A program made the translations under genes and the position numbers. This document shows, piece by piece, positions 24,657-33,507 of a stretch of DNA of 55,901 nucleotides. Under the pieces are notes generated by a model, which worked only from the letters and a program-made list of their open reading frames with translations, did no database searches and was not told where the DNA came from. This DNA comes from a virus. The DNA is taken from the IMG/VR virus record IMGVR_UViG_3300045988_171564; one strand, given 5' to 3'. Each line of letters opens with the position of its first letter. Position 1 is the first letter of the stretch.

Positions 24657-24988
24657 GAGAGGTTTCCAACGACATTGAGACAAGGGCGGCGGTGCTTACC
24701 GACGCGGCAGACATTATCAACAGCGCGCTAAAGCTGTTCGAGGGGCTGGAGGATGCAGCGCTGGACGATCTGACAGGCATACTGGAGGAAGCGCGCAATG
24801 AAGCGGCGTTCCAGCTCAAGCTCATACGCAGCAGGTTTTCCGACGCGCCCGACGACGACGAGCTGCTTGAGATGAAGCACGAAAACGACAGGTACGGCTA
24901 TAAGATGGATTGTGAATATCCCAATATCCGAACGAACTATCTGTACACCGACGACGGCCGTAGTATTGCATCGGAGGTGGAGCTTTAA
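24653..24988 (+). CDS. Hypothetical acidic protein
   Basis: 111 aa. Overlapping start and stop with its neighbours. Confidence 0.5.
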   Translation: MREVSNDIETRAAVLTDAADIINSALKLFEGLEDAALDDLTGILEEARNEAAFQLKLIRSRFSDAPDDDELLEMKHENDRYGYKMDCEYPNIRTNYLYTDDGRSIASEVEL

Positions 24989-25932
24989 TGCAGCCCAGAG
25001 TATTCGCGAGCACGAAGGATATGCCGCGCGAAACGTGGCTTAAAATGCGCAAAAAAGGCATAGGCGGCAGCGACGCCGCCGCGATACTGGGCATGAGCCA
25101 CTACGCCACGCCTTACAGCGTGTACGCCGATAAGGTGGGCGCACTGCCCGAAAAGGACGATACGGAGGCTATGCGGCAGGGGCGCGACCTGGAAGAATAC
25201 GTCGCGCAGCGCTTTACCGCCCAGACCGGCATAAAGGTAAGGCGGCGCAATCAGATGCTTCAGAACCCGGAGCACCCGTTCATGCTGGCCGACATTGACC
25301 GCGAATGCGTGGGTCTTAATGGCATACGCGCCGGTCTGGAGATAAAGACCACCCGTGACATATACCTAAAGCGGTTCAAGGACGGCGAGTACCCAGATGA
25401 ATACTACTGCCAGTGTATGCACTACATGGCGGTGACAGGCTGGGAAAGATGGTATCTGGCGGTGCTGGTATACGGCACGGACTTTATGATATTCCAGATT
25501 GACCGCGACGAAGACGAGATTCAGGCGCTTATCAAGGCAGAGGAAGCCTTTTGGACAGACCTTGAAAAGGGCATAGCGCCGCCCGTGGACGGACGCGCGC
25601 CCACCGAAACGGCGGTCAGCGCAATGTACCCGGCGGTCAATGAGGGCGACGACGAAGTGCAATTGTCGTGCGGCGACGCGATAAGCAATTATATGGCGCT
25701 GGAGGCTCAAATAAAGCTGCTGGAGCGTGAGCGCGACCGCAACAAGGAAATCATACAGTGCGAGATGCAGGACGCGCCTAAGGCCGTTTGCGGGGCTTAC
25801 AGGGTATCCTGGAAGCCGTCGGTACGGTCTACACTGGATATAAAGCGGTACATCGCCGATCACGGCAAGATTGACGCAGACTATTATAAGACAACCGTTT
25901 CGAGGCGGTTTGCGATTAAGGAGATTAAGTGA
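24988..25932 (+). CDS. YqaJ-type (lambda Exo-like, PD-(D/E)XK) recombination exonuclease
   Basis: ETWLKMRKKGIGGSDAAAILGMSHYATPYSVY and GLEIKT motifs. A RecT gene lies nearby. Confidence 0.8.
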   Translation: MQPRVFASTKDMPRETWLKMRKKGIGGSDAAAILGMSHYATPYSVYADKVGALPEKDDTEAMRQGRDLEEYVAQRFTAQTGIKVRRRNQMLQNPEHPFMLADIDRECVGLNGIRAGLEIKTTRDIYLKRFKDGEYPDEYYCQCMHYMAVTGWERWYLAVLVYGTDFMIFQIDRDEDEIQALIKAEEAFWTDLEKGIAPPVDGRAPTETAVSAMYPAVNEGDDEVQLSCGDAISNYMALEAQIKLLERERDRNKEIIQCEMQDAPKAVCGAYRVSWKPSVRSTLDIKRYIADHGKIDADYYKTTVSRRFAIKEIK

Positions 25933-25934
25933 GT

Positions 25935-26003
25935 ATGGCAACGACACAGAATATTCAGATGGGACTGCTGAACGCGCTTAGGGCTAGTCGGGGAGGGAAT
26001 TAA
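25935..26003 (+). pseudogene. 22-codon remnant identical in type to the 3' end of the antirepressor gene
   Basis: Encodes ..QMGLLNALRASRGGN*, compared with ..QMGLLSALRASRGGN* at the end of 21731..22495. It is part of a 49-bp duplicated junction (22451-22499 vs 25959-26007). Confidence 0.7.
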
Positions 26004-26007
26004 GAGA

Positions 26008-26715
26008 ATGAACGAAAAGGAGAAAGACACCAAGGGGAACACCGGTGACTGCAACGCCGGTCACGGCAATACCGGCAATTTCAATACCGGCAACTACAAT
26101 ACCGGCAACTACAATACCGGTAATTACAACGCCGGCAAATGGAACACCGGTAAATGGAATACTGGTAAATGGAACACCGGTGACTGGAACATCGGGAATT
26201 ACAACACCGGGAATTGCAATGTCGGTCTTCGCAACACCGGCGGCTGCAACACCGGCAGCTGGAACACCGGCGACTACAACACTGGCCACTTCAACACCGG
26301 CAACTACAACACCGGTGACTGGAACACTGGCGACTGGAATACATGCCGCCGTTCTTCTGGATGTTTTAATACCGTCGAACAAACGCTCCCCTTTTTTAAC
26401 AAGCCGTCGAATTGGACTTATCGAGATTGGGTTTGGAGCGACGCGCACGCGATATTATGCACAATGCCACGCAAACTCGCATGGGTCGATTTTGCCGACA
26501 TGACGGCAGACGAAAAACTTGTGCATCCGGATGCGGAGACAGTGGGCGGTTGCCTTAAAGAATACAGCACTTTAGAGCAGATCGAGCGCGTCAACTGGTG
26601 GCGCGATTTGCCGAAGAATAATCAAGAAGCCGTGATGTCGATGCCCAATTTCGACAAAGAAATATTTAAGCAGATCACCGGCATAGATGTAGACGCAGAA
26701 TGGATTGACGATTAA
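26008..26715 (+). CDS. Pentapeptide-repeat protein, paralog 2 (about 20 N(T/A)Gxx units, conserved C-domain)
   Basis: NTGDCNAGHGNTGNFNTGNYNTGNY...NTGDWNTC, then a C-domain shared with 22500..23363. Inserted between the exonuclease and recT genes. Confidence 0.75.
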   Translation: MNEKEKDTKGNTGDCNAGHGNTGNFNTGNYNTGNYNTGNYNAGKWNTGKWNTGKWNTGDWNIGNYNTGNCNVGLRNTGGCNTGSWNTGDYNTGHFNTGNYNTGDWNTGDWNTCRRSSGCFNTVEQTLPFFNKPSNWTYRDWVWSDAHAILCTMPRKLAWVDFADMTADEKLVHPDAETVGGCLKEYSTLEQIERVNWWRDLPKNNQEAVMSMPNFDKEIFKQITGIDVDAEWIDD

Positions 26716-26730
26716 GGAGGCAAAGTAGCA

Positions 26731-27621
26731 ATGGCAAGGATACAGAATACCCAGATGGCGCGCGCGACGCAGGGACAGAATATGGCGGCGGCACAGCCGC
26801 AGGTCAAGCAGAGCACGACCGTTATGATGAACAGCCTGCTGGACAGCGAGGGCTACCGCAAGCGGTTCGAAGAACTGCTAGGCAAGCGCACGCCCCAGTT
26901 TGTAAGCGCGCTGATTACGCTGTGCAACTCCACGCCCCAGCTTCAAGAGGCGTTCGCGACTGCGCCTAACACGGTTATACAGGCGGCGCTGAAGGCCGCG
27001 AGCTTTGATTTGCCGATTGACCCCAACCTTGGATATGCCTACATCGTGCCGTTCCGCAATCAGGGACGCATGGAGGCTACTTTTCTGCTGGGTTATAAAG
27101 GACTTTTACAGCTTGCCATGCGCACGGGTGTATACCAGAAGATCAACGTTGTGGATGTGCGCGAGGGTGAATGGAAGAAGTTCAACCGGCTGACAGAAGA
27201 CATTGAGCTGGAGTTTATCGAGGATGAGGAACAGCGCGAGGCACTGCCGATTATCGGCTGGTGCGGCTATTTCCGCCTTATCAATGGCATGGAAAAGATA
27301 ATCTACATGGGCCGCCGCCAGATAGAAGCCCACGAGCGCAAGAACCGCAAGGGTCAGAACATGGGCAAGGGCTGGCGGGAGAACTTCGAGGCGATGGCCG
27401 CTAAAACCGTGCTGAGACAGCTAATCGGCAAGTGGGGATTGATGAGCATAGACTACCAAACTGCAACCCCGGCGGCAATAGCGGCAGCAGAAGCGATAGC
27501 GCGCGGCACGTTTGACGACGACAACATGGTCGAGACCGAATTTGCAATAACCGACGGTGAAGAAATGCAAAATGAGCAAAATGCCGACGCGCAGAACATG
27601 CCCGGCGAGGTGCACGAATAA
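26731..27621 (+). CDS. recT: RecT-family single-strand annealing protein
   Basis: YAYIVPFRNQGRMEATFLLGYKGLLQLAMRTG and AKTVLRQLI motifs. Paired with the YqaJ exonuclease. Confidence 0.8.
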   Translation: MARIQNTQMARATQGQNMAAAQPQVKQSTTVMMNSLLDSEGYRKRFEELLGKRTPQFVSALITLCNSTPQLQEAFATAPNTVIQAALKAASFDLPIDPNLGYAYIVPFRNQGRMEATFLLGYKGLLQLAMRTGVYQKINVVDVREGEWKKFNRLTEDIELEFIEDEEQREALPIIGWCGYFRLINGMEKIIYMGRRQIEAHERKNRKGQNMGKGWRENFEAMAAKTVLRQLIGKWGLMSIDYQTATPAAIAAAEAIARGTFDDDNMVETEFAITDGEEMQNEQNADAQNMPGEVHE

Positions 27622-28076
27622 TGCTGATGCTTGTGAACTACAACTATGGCGGCCAGAAGATAGCCGCCATAGTGACCGGGCAAATAAGAATAGCCCCCAG
27701 AAAGCGCGATTACGGCGGCGACAAGGTAAAGTACGTCATAAGCGTGCAGCACGGGTACAATACCCAGACCAAGAAGGGGTACTTCATCGACTGCGACTTC
27801 TGGTACCCCATGATTGACCTGGCTAAAAGCATACAGGTGGGCGACGTGGTACTTGTGACCGGGCTTTACACCAAGCGGGTAGTCGAGGGCAAGATTTACG
27901 AGACCATTACCGCTGACTATGTGGGCGTGGCGGGCGCGTCGGCATACATAGCATCCCCCGCAAACGCATTCTACGCCCCGTCAGTGGGCGAAAACAGCGT
28001 GGAAATGGTGGATGGCCAGCACGCGGCTGACCCAAGTACCTTTACGCCGGTCAACCCGGCTGACCTGCCGTTTTAG
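27621..28076 (+). CDS. ssb: Single-stranded DNA-binding protein (OB fold, acidic C-terminal tip)
   Basis: C-terminus ..PVNPADLPF resembles the SSB D-(I/L)-P-F tip. Lies after recT. Confidence 0.6.
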   Translation: MLMLVNYNYGGQKIAAIVTGQIRIAPRKRDYGGDKVKYVISVQHGYNTQTKKGYFIDCDFWYPMIDLAKSIQVGDVVLVTGLYTKRVVEGKIYETITADYVGVAGASAYIASPANAFYAPSVGENSVEMVDGQHAADPSTFTPVNPADLPF

Positions 28077-28090
28077 GGGGGGGGAGAACG

Positions 28091-28459
28091 ATGCCGTTAA
28101 GAGAACTCAAACGCGCCACTATCCGGGAAGAATTTGTGGCAATTGCCGGGAACTATGTGAAAGCCCTGATATTAGACCGACTGCTCTTCTATGATTATGA
28201 ATCGAGCGATTGGGAAACCTGCTCAGCGGAATACCTTATTAACCTTACGATGCTTGACACGCCTCAAGAACATATGGAGCAAGCTATTCGCGAACTCGCT
28301 GCTGCTGGGTTGGTAGAATGCTGGGAAGAAAAGAACTACTTTCAGGGAAAGAAACTTTATTGCCAGATAAATATATCAAACGTCGTGGATGCGTTGGACG
28401 AAAAGGGCTACGCGCTCGAAGGGTACAAACAGGTGGGAGAAAATGAATACGGCATTTAG
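28091..28459 (+). CDS. Short paralog of the N-terminal domain of the replication organiser
   Basis: LKRATIREEFVAIAGNYVKALILDRLLFY and NVVDALDEKGYALEGY parallel LKVAIIREEFVAITGDFAKAVILNQMLYW and EIVDALAEKGYTLNGY in 28496..29338. Confidence 0.6.
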   Translation: MPLRELKRATIREEFVAIAGNYVKALILDRLLFYDYESSDWETCSAEYLINLTMLDTPQEHMEQAIRELAAAGLVECWEEKNYFQGKKLYCQINISNVVDALDEKGYALEGYKQVGENEYGI

Positions 28460-28495
28460 ACAGCCTAATACCTGCTTTAGGATGGTACAGCAAAC

Positions 28496-29338
28496 ATGAA
28501 CAGCAACGTAATAAGATCACGGCGGCTAAAGGTTGCAATTATTCGAGAAGAATTTGTGGCGATAACTGGTGACTTTGCAAAAGCTGTGATACTTAACCAA
28601 ATGCTCTATTGGTCAGAGCGTGTCGATGATTTTGACAGCTTCATCGCCGCCGAGAACAAACGGGCTGAATCACATGGATTACCCACAAGCGATGCAACGG
28701 ACGGCTGGTTTTATAAAACCGCCGAGGAATTGTCAGATGAAACGCTGCTTGGGCAATCGGTAGCCAATATGCGCCGACACATTAAAGCGCTGGAGGACAT
28801 GGGGCTTATCAGCGAGCGCAACAATCCCAAATACCAATGGGACAGAACGAAGCAGTATCGCGTGAACTTGATCGAAATTGTGGACGCATTAGCTGAAAAG
28901 GGGTACACCCTGAACGGCTACAGGGTTCAAATCGATTTCCGGAATTTGAGAAATGGAAGTTACATTTTGAAAGTATATGCTAACAATTTGAAAGCTGACA
29001 AATTTCAAAATGTAAGTGCAATACCAGAGACTACTACAGAGACTACTAACAGAGAGGAGTACGTGCCCGAACTTTCAGTTTCGGGCAAATCCCCCCGCCA
29101 TGAGTACGGACAGTACAAGAACGTTATGCTGACCGACAAGGACATGGACAAGCTCAAGGCAGAGTACCCGGATGACTGGCAAGAACGCATTGAGCGACTA
29201 AGCGAATACATGGCCAGCAAGGGCACGAAGTACAAGAATCATCTCGCCACCATACGCGCATGGGCGCGCAAGGACGCTTCAAAGCCTACTGAGAAGCCCA
29301 AGGACGACCCATACGAGAACTACACGATACGCTGGTAA
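28496..29338 (+). CDS. Replication organiser / initiator-like winged-helix protein (DnaD-like position)
   Basis: Immediately upstream of dnaB. wHTH-like NMRRHIKALEDMGLISER. C-terminal YKNVMLTDKDMDKLKAEYPDDW..LATIRAWARKD. Confidence 0.55.
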   Translation: MNSNVIRSRRLKVAIIREEFVAITGDFAKAVILNQMLYWSERVDDFDSFIAAENKRAESHGLPTSDATDGWFYKTAEELSDETLLGQSVANMRRHIKALEDMGLISERNNPKYQWDRTKQYRVNLIEIVDALAEKGYTLNGYRVQIDFRNLRNGSYILKVYANNLKADKFQNVSAIPETTTETTNREEYVPELSVSGKSPRHEYGQYKNVMLTDKDMDKLKAEYPDDWQERIERLSEYMASKGTKYKNHLATIRAWARKDASKPTEKPKDDPYENYTIRW

Positions 29339-29491
29339 TTGCCCTTGACCAAAAACATGCCAAAAAACGCAGGAAAACAGAAACCCAGATTTGCGGGTGG
29401 AGGATTTCACCACAAGCAAGGCAGGGCACGAAAAACCATTCCGAAAACGCGGAAAAATCAGCACAGAATGCAAACAGCGAGGTGAAGCGCG

Positions 29492-30847
29492 GTGAACGGC
29501 GAAGCAAACAGCCCATATTTTGACCATGCGGCAGAAAAACGGGTGGTAGGCATACTGCTTGTCGAACCCCAGCCGCGCGTGCAGGACGTGCTGGACGAAC
29601 TGGAACCCGACATGTTTCACGACATGCCTGCCGCGTCGGTAATCAAGGCCATGAAACAATTGCGGGCGGCGCGGCGCGGCGTTGATCTGGTTACGGTCAA
29701 TGACCAGCTTTCAAAAAACGGCGACGCGGGCGCGCTTGATTACGCGGTTGACGCGGCGGGAGACTGGACGCCGCCAACACAGATTGGCGAGTACGTAAAC
29801 ATTATCCGGCAGTGCCACATGCGTAGGCAGCTTAGAATCCTGAGCGGAAACATTACTTATGCGAGCGCGGACGCGACGCAAGACCCGAACGCGATTCTGA
29901 CGGACGCGCGAACCAGACTTGCAAACATCGCAGAAAACTCCAAACCCGCGCAGGAACAGCGGGACGGCAGCGTTTTAGCGGTAGCAGTCAGAGCGATGAG
30001 CGCCTTGCAGGAACAGGCGGCGGGCAGGCTAAAGCCGCTGAAGACGGGCTTTAATGAGCTGGACAAGCTGACGGGCGGGTTTTTCGGCGGCGAGATACTT
30101 GTAATCGGCGCGCGTCCGGGCACGGGCAAAACGGCGATTGCGCTTGAATTGACGCGCAGGTTCTTGGAGGCGGGCAAGGCCGGATTGTTCGCCAGCCTGG
30201 AAATGAGCGACACACAGCTTGCCAACCGCATGATTGCAGCCTACGGCGGCATAAACGGTATGCGGCTGAGGCAGGCCGAAACGCTGACGGAAAACGAATG
30301 GGACGCAATCGCGGACGCGGTAGGGTACATCGGCAATCAGCGGCTATGGATAAGCGAGCGCGTGCGCACGGTAGATCAGCTAAGGAACGACCTGCTCAAG
30401 GCGCGCGAAAAATGGGGCGGGCTGGACTTTGCGATTGTAGACTATATACAGCTAATGGGCGGCAACGGCACGTCCGGCAGGATGGAGAACCGCAATCAGG
30501 AAGTAGGCAAGATAAGTCGGGAACTCAAGATACTGGCTGTGGAGCAGAACATTGTGCTTATAGTATTAAGCCAGCTCAACCGCGAGGGCACGGAAAGACC
30601 GACCATTAACCAGCTCCGCGAATCCGGCCAGATTGAGCAGGACGCGGACATGATAATGCTGCTGTACAGCCCCCAAAAGGCCGACGATGTAAGGCCGCAG
30701 GAAATGGTCGAGCAATGGCGGCGCATGACGGCGCACGGTTCGCGGCTGGTTGAGTGCATACTTGCCAAGGCGCGAAACGGCATGAACGGCGTTACGCTGC
30801 TGGAGTTTGTGCCTGGACTGATGCGATATTTACCTATCGGAGGATGA
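29492..30847 (+). CDS. dnaB: Replicative DNA helicase DnaB
   Basis: N-term AEKRVVGILLVEP. Walker A GARPGTGKTA. LASLEMS, IVDYIQLM and SQLNRE motifs. Confidence 0.85.
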   Translation: MNGEANSPYFDHAAEKRVVGILLVEPQPRVQDVLDELEPDMFHDMPAASVIKAMKQLRAARRGVDLVTVNDQLSKNGDAGALDYAVDAAGDWTPPTQIGEYVNIIRQCHMRRQLRILSGNITYASADATQDPNAILTDARTRLANIAENSKPAQEQRDGSVLAVAVRAMSALQEQAAGRLKPLKTGFNELDKLTGGFFGGEILVIGARPGTGKTAIALELTRRFLEAGKAGLFASLEMSDTQLANRMIAAYGGINGMRLRQAETLTENEWDAIADAVGYIGNQRLWISERVRTVDQLRNDLLKAREKWGGLDFAIVDYIQLMGGNGTSGRMENRNQEVGKISRELKILAVEQNIVLIVLSQLNREGTERPTINQLRESGQIEQDADMIMLLYSPQKADDVRPQEMVEQWRRMTAHGSRLVECILAKARNGMNGVTLLEFVPGLMRYLPIGG

Positions 30848-31317
30848 AGGTTTTGAACAGAAAGCGGGAATTTACGATACCGGGCAAGCCACAGGGCAAG
30901 GGGAGACCGCGCGCGACAGTGCGGCGAGGCTTTGCACAGATGTATACGCCGGACAATACGCGCAAGTACGAGCGGAATGTGCAATTGGCCTACATGGCGG
31001 CATATCCGCATGATGAACGCATGGAAGGTGCGCTAAAGGCCACGATAAAGGCGACGTTTGCGGTGCCCGCGTCTACAAGCAAGAAAAGGCGCGCGGAGAT
31101 GCTGCACGACATTTGGTTTACGAAAAAGTGCGATGCGGACAACATCGCCAAAATAGTGCTTGACCCGCTGAACAGGCTAGCATACACGGATGACAGTCAG
31201 GTTGCCCAGCTAATCGTAACGAAAGAATACGGCGAGAAGGAACAGGTGCACGTCACACTGGAGGAAATCGGATATGAGCAGAATCGCAGCGTCGCCACTG
31301 AGGGCGATAAGGGCTAA
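30844..31317 (+). CDS. rusA: RusA-family Holliday junction resolvase
   Basis: ATG 30844 follows GGAGG. FTIPGKPQGKGRPR...YTPDNTRKYE...KCDADNIAKIVLDPLNRLAYTDDSQV. Confidence 0.75.
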   Translation: MKVLNRKREFTIPGKPQGKGRPRATVRRGFAQMYTPDNTRKYERNVQLAYMAAYPHDERMEGALKATIKATFAVPASTSKKRRAEMLHDIWFTKKCDADNIAKIVLDPLNRLAYTDDSQVAQLIVTKEYGEKEQVHVTLEEIGYEQNRSVATEGDKG

Positions 31318-31483
31318 ATGCTTTGACTGCTGCTGCGGTCAGGCAAAGGAAATACGGCTTTGCACGGCGACGAAATGCCCGCTGTACGACTTTAGAACCG
31401 GGCACAGGCCTAAAGACAGTACGAAAGAAGAATGCAAGAATGAGTCAGAAGTACACGCAGGAAGACTTCCTAAAGATGTATGA
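31274..31483 (+). CDS. Small Cys-rich (Zn-binding) protein
   Basis: RAIRAKCFDCCCGQAKEIRLCTATKCPLYDFRTG, a motif recurrent in phage and ICE early regions. The start overlaps rusA and is uncertain. Confidence 0.5.
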   Translation: MSRIAASPLRAIRAKCFDCCCGQAKEIRLCTATKCPLYDFRTGHRPKDSTKEECKNESEVHAGRLPKDV

Positions 31484-31805
31484 GCACCTTAAACAGGGCG
31501 CAAGTACAGAAACAGTAGCGGCAGAGTATGGCGTATCTCTAAACTACCTAATGGCTCGTCTACTGAAAATGGGATTGAGCGTAAAGGCGCTAAGGATGGA
31601 GCAGCATCGGAGAAAAGTCATGGAGATGTACGAGCGGTACAGGCAGGGCGCGACGTATGAGCAGATTGCGCAGGAATATTACTATGCGGGCGGCAACGTC
31701 ATTTCGCGTTTATTCTTTAAGGACAATGACCTGCCGCGACTGGGGCGGCCGGAGAAGAGGAAGGCGGCTTATGAAAGGGAAATGCGTGGAGATGGTGAGA
31801 CTTAA
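31440..31805 (+). CDS. Double-HTH small DNA-binding protein
   Basis: Two HTH-like units: STETVAAEYGVSLNYLMARLLKMG and ATYEQIAQEYYYAGGNVISRLF. Confidence 0.5.
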   Translation: MSQKYTQEDFLKMYEHLKQGASTETVAAEYGVSLNYLMARLLKMGLSVKALRMEQHRRKVMEMYERYRQGATYEQIAQEYYYAGGNVISRLFFKDNDLPRLGRPEKRKAAYEREMRGDGET

Positions 31806-31806
31806 C

Positions 31807-32100
31807 ATGGCCGACAGAGCACTGATTGACAAGCAAAGGCTGATAGACGAATGGGAGTACATATTGGACGAGCAGGAAGTTGATATATGCGATGCGAGCT
31901 TTATTGCCTCGGTGCTGGTGGACGATCTGATACAGAACGCGCCAGTGGTGGAGCGCAGGAAACACGGGAAGTGGGAAGAATTTGGACATGCCGGATGGCG
32001 CGTGTGCAGTGTATGCCACAACTGCTATGTTGAACCGGAATGGATCATCAAGGACAAGTGGAAATACTGCCCGCAATGCGGGGCGAGGCTGGAAATATGA
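31807..32100 (+). CDS. Hypothetical Zn-ribbon protein (alternative start 31771)
   Basis: CSVCHNCY...CPQCGARL at the C-terminus. Confidence 0.5.
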   Translation: MADRALIDKQRLIDEWEYILDEQEVDICDASFIASVLVDDLIQNAPVVERRKHGKWEEFGHAGWRVCSVCHNCYVEPEWIIKDKWKYCPQCGARLEI

Positions 32101-32333
32101 GACGAAAGAGCAGATTAAACGCGTGCCCGTTTTGCGGACACGCGCCAATCATCAAGTCGGTATGGCGGGAAGGGAAAGCCATACCGAAGCAGGGGTACGC
32201 TGTCATATGCACTCATCACAACTGCGTGATTTACCGCCAATACGGGCAGGTATACGGGACGCTCAAGCGAGCGATTAAGCACTGGAATAAGCGGATGGGA
32301 GAAAAGAAGGGCTTTTGGAAATGGACGAATTAA
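32097..32333 (+). CDS. Lar-family restriction-alleviation-like protein
   Basis: ATGA overlap. LNACPFCGHAP..YAVICTHHNC...AIKHWNKR follows the CPFCG...C..C...A...WN.R pattern of the Lar family. Confidence 0.5.
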   Translation: MRRKSRLNACPFCGHAPIIKSVWREGKAIPKQGYAVICTHHNCVIYRQYGQVYGTLKRAIKHWNKRMGEKKGFWKWTN

Positions 32334-32563
32334 AGATATACGAGGTCAAGGAAAAGGATTGGGACAACGTTAATGCGCGGAGGTGCGCCAATTGTGGTCA
32401 TCGGGCTAAAGATGACGGCAGTTTTAGTTTTTATTGCGACATTGACAAGCATTGCATACCGTATATAGATTATGACATGTACTGGTGCAGAAGGTGGAAG
32501 CGGGACAGAAAATGGGATGGAGCGAAACCGTCACAAGGTGCATTAGAGGAGGGGAAAGAATGA
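32315..32563 (+). CDS. Hypothetical Cys-rich protein
   Basis: CANCGH...YCDIDKHC. 82 aa. Confidence 0.45.
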   Translation: MEMDELKIYEVKEKDWDNVNARRCANCGHRAKDDGSFSFYCDIDKHCIPYIDYDMYWCRRWKRDRKWDGAKPSQGALEEGKE

Positions 32564-32952
32564 ATACCGGCTTCAAACGGATTGGAATAATAGCTTTTTT
32601 GGTGGCCACAATGCTGCTGCTTGCAGCGTGCTCAGAGGCGGACAAGGTCAACAGCAATATCAGCAAGCAAGCTGACTATTTCGAGTGCGAGCGCCGCATA
32701 ACAGTTTATAACGCCCGCACAGACAAAGTTATACTGGAAGCTGAGGGGTATATGAGCATATCGAACAATTCCGACGACGAGCTGGTCGTAACGGTCAAGA
32801 CCGGGCCTGCAACATACAAAAAGAACTACATATACCTCAACAACTATACGCTGTACGTGGTGGAAGACATCACCGGTACGCATACAGACCCTTATCACTA
32901 TAAGCTGTATTTCCACACTAACGTACTGCCGGATGTGGAAGTAGTGCCGTAA
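32560..32952 (+). CDS. Lipoprotein (possible superinfection-exclusion or surface protein)
   Basis: ATG 32560 follows AGAGGAGGGG. Signal peptide with lipobox: IIAFLVATMLLLAAC-SE. Confidence 0.65.
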   Translation: MNTGFKRIGIIAFLVATMLLLAACSEADKVNSNISKQADYFECERRITVYNARTDKVILEAEGYMSISNNSDDELVVTVKTGPATYKKNYIYLNNYTLYVVEDITGTHTDPYHYKLYFHTNVLPDVEVVP

Positions 32953-32974
32953 ACTGTAAGGAGGCTGAGCACCA

Positions 32975-33139
32975 ATGAAGAACGATAAAAAGCGCATTTG
33001 CATAGAGTGCGGTAACGTGGCGTACATACCAAGCGGCACAATTAAGTGCTACAACTGTCTGCAAAAGACCGTGAACGCTGCATTTGAGAAAGACCCGGAG
33101 CTTAAAAAGATGCTTAAAAAGGCGACGAAGAAAGCATGA
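32975..33139 (+). CDS. Small Zn-ribbon protein (54 aa, below the ORF-track cutoff)
   Basis: AAGGAGG lies 11 nt upstream. CIECG...CYNC. Confidence 0.5.
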   Translation: MKNDKKRICIECGNVAYIPSGTIKCYNCLQKTVNAAFEKDPELKKMLKKATKKA

Positions 33140-33157
33140 AATTGGGGTGTAAAGTGT

Positions 33158-33500
33158 ATGTCTGAAACAATCTACGAAATGAATAAGCGGCTGTGCAACA
33201 GCACCTACTGCGAGAACTGTCCACTTAAAAAAGCAACAAACGAAGCTTGCTTAATAGACCTTATGGAATACTACGAAATTGAGAAGGTGGCCAAGCAATT
33301 GGAAGTGCTGTACGAATGGGTAAAAGAACATCCGGCAGAAGACGTATAAGGATGTTTCCCTCGAAAAACTTCCAAATGCAATGGTGGAGCACAAGAACGG
33401 TTTACCTAACGTGTGCCGTAAGAAAATGTTTGGTGGTTTTGAAGGCTTTGCTGATTGTGCTGATTACGTAAAGTGCTGGAGTGAACCGTACAAGGAGTAA
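33158..33500 (+). pseudogene. Frame-disrupted paralog of 33508..33873 (two pieces: 33158..33349 and 33345..33500 in the +1 frame)
   Basis: Piece 1 (ETIYEMNKRLC..CENCPL..QLEVLYEWVKEHP) and piece 2 (YKDVSLEKLPNA..CRKKMFGG..KCWSEPYKE) are colinear with the intact neighbour (ETIYEIGERLC..CSGCPL..QLELMRKWAEEHPVKTYKDVFLEKFPKA..CEKCWNEPYKKE). Confidence 0.65.
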
Positions 33501-33507
33501 GAAGACG

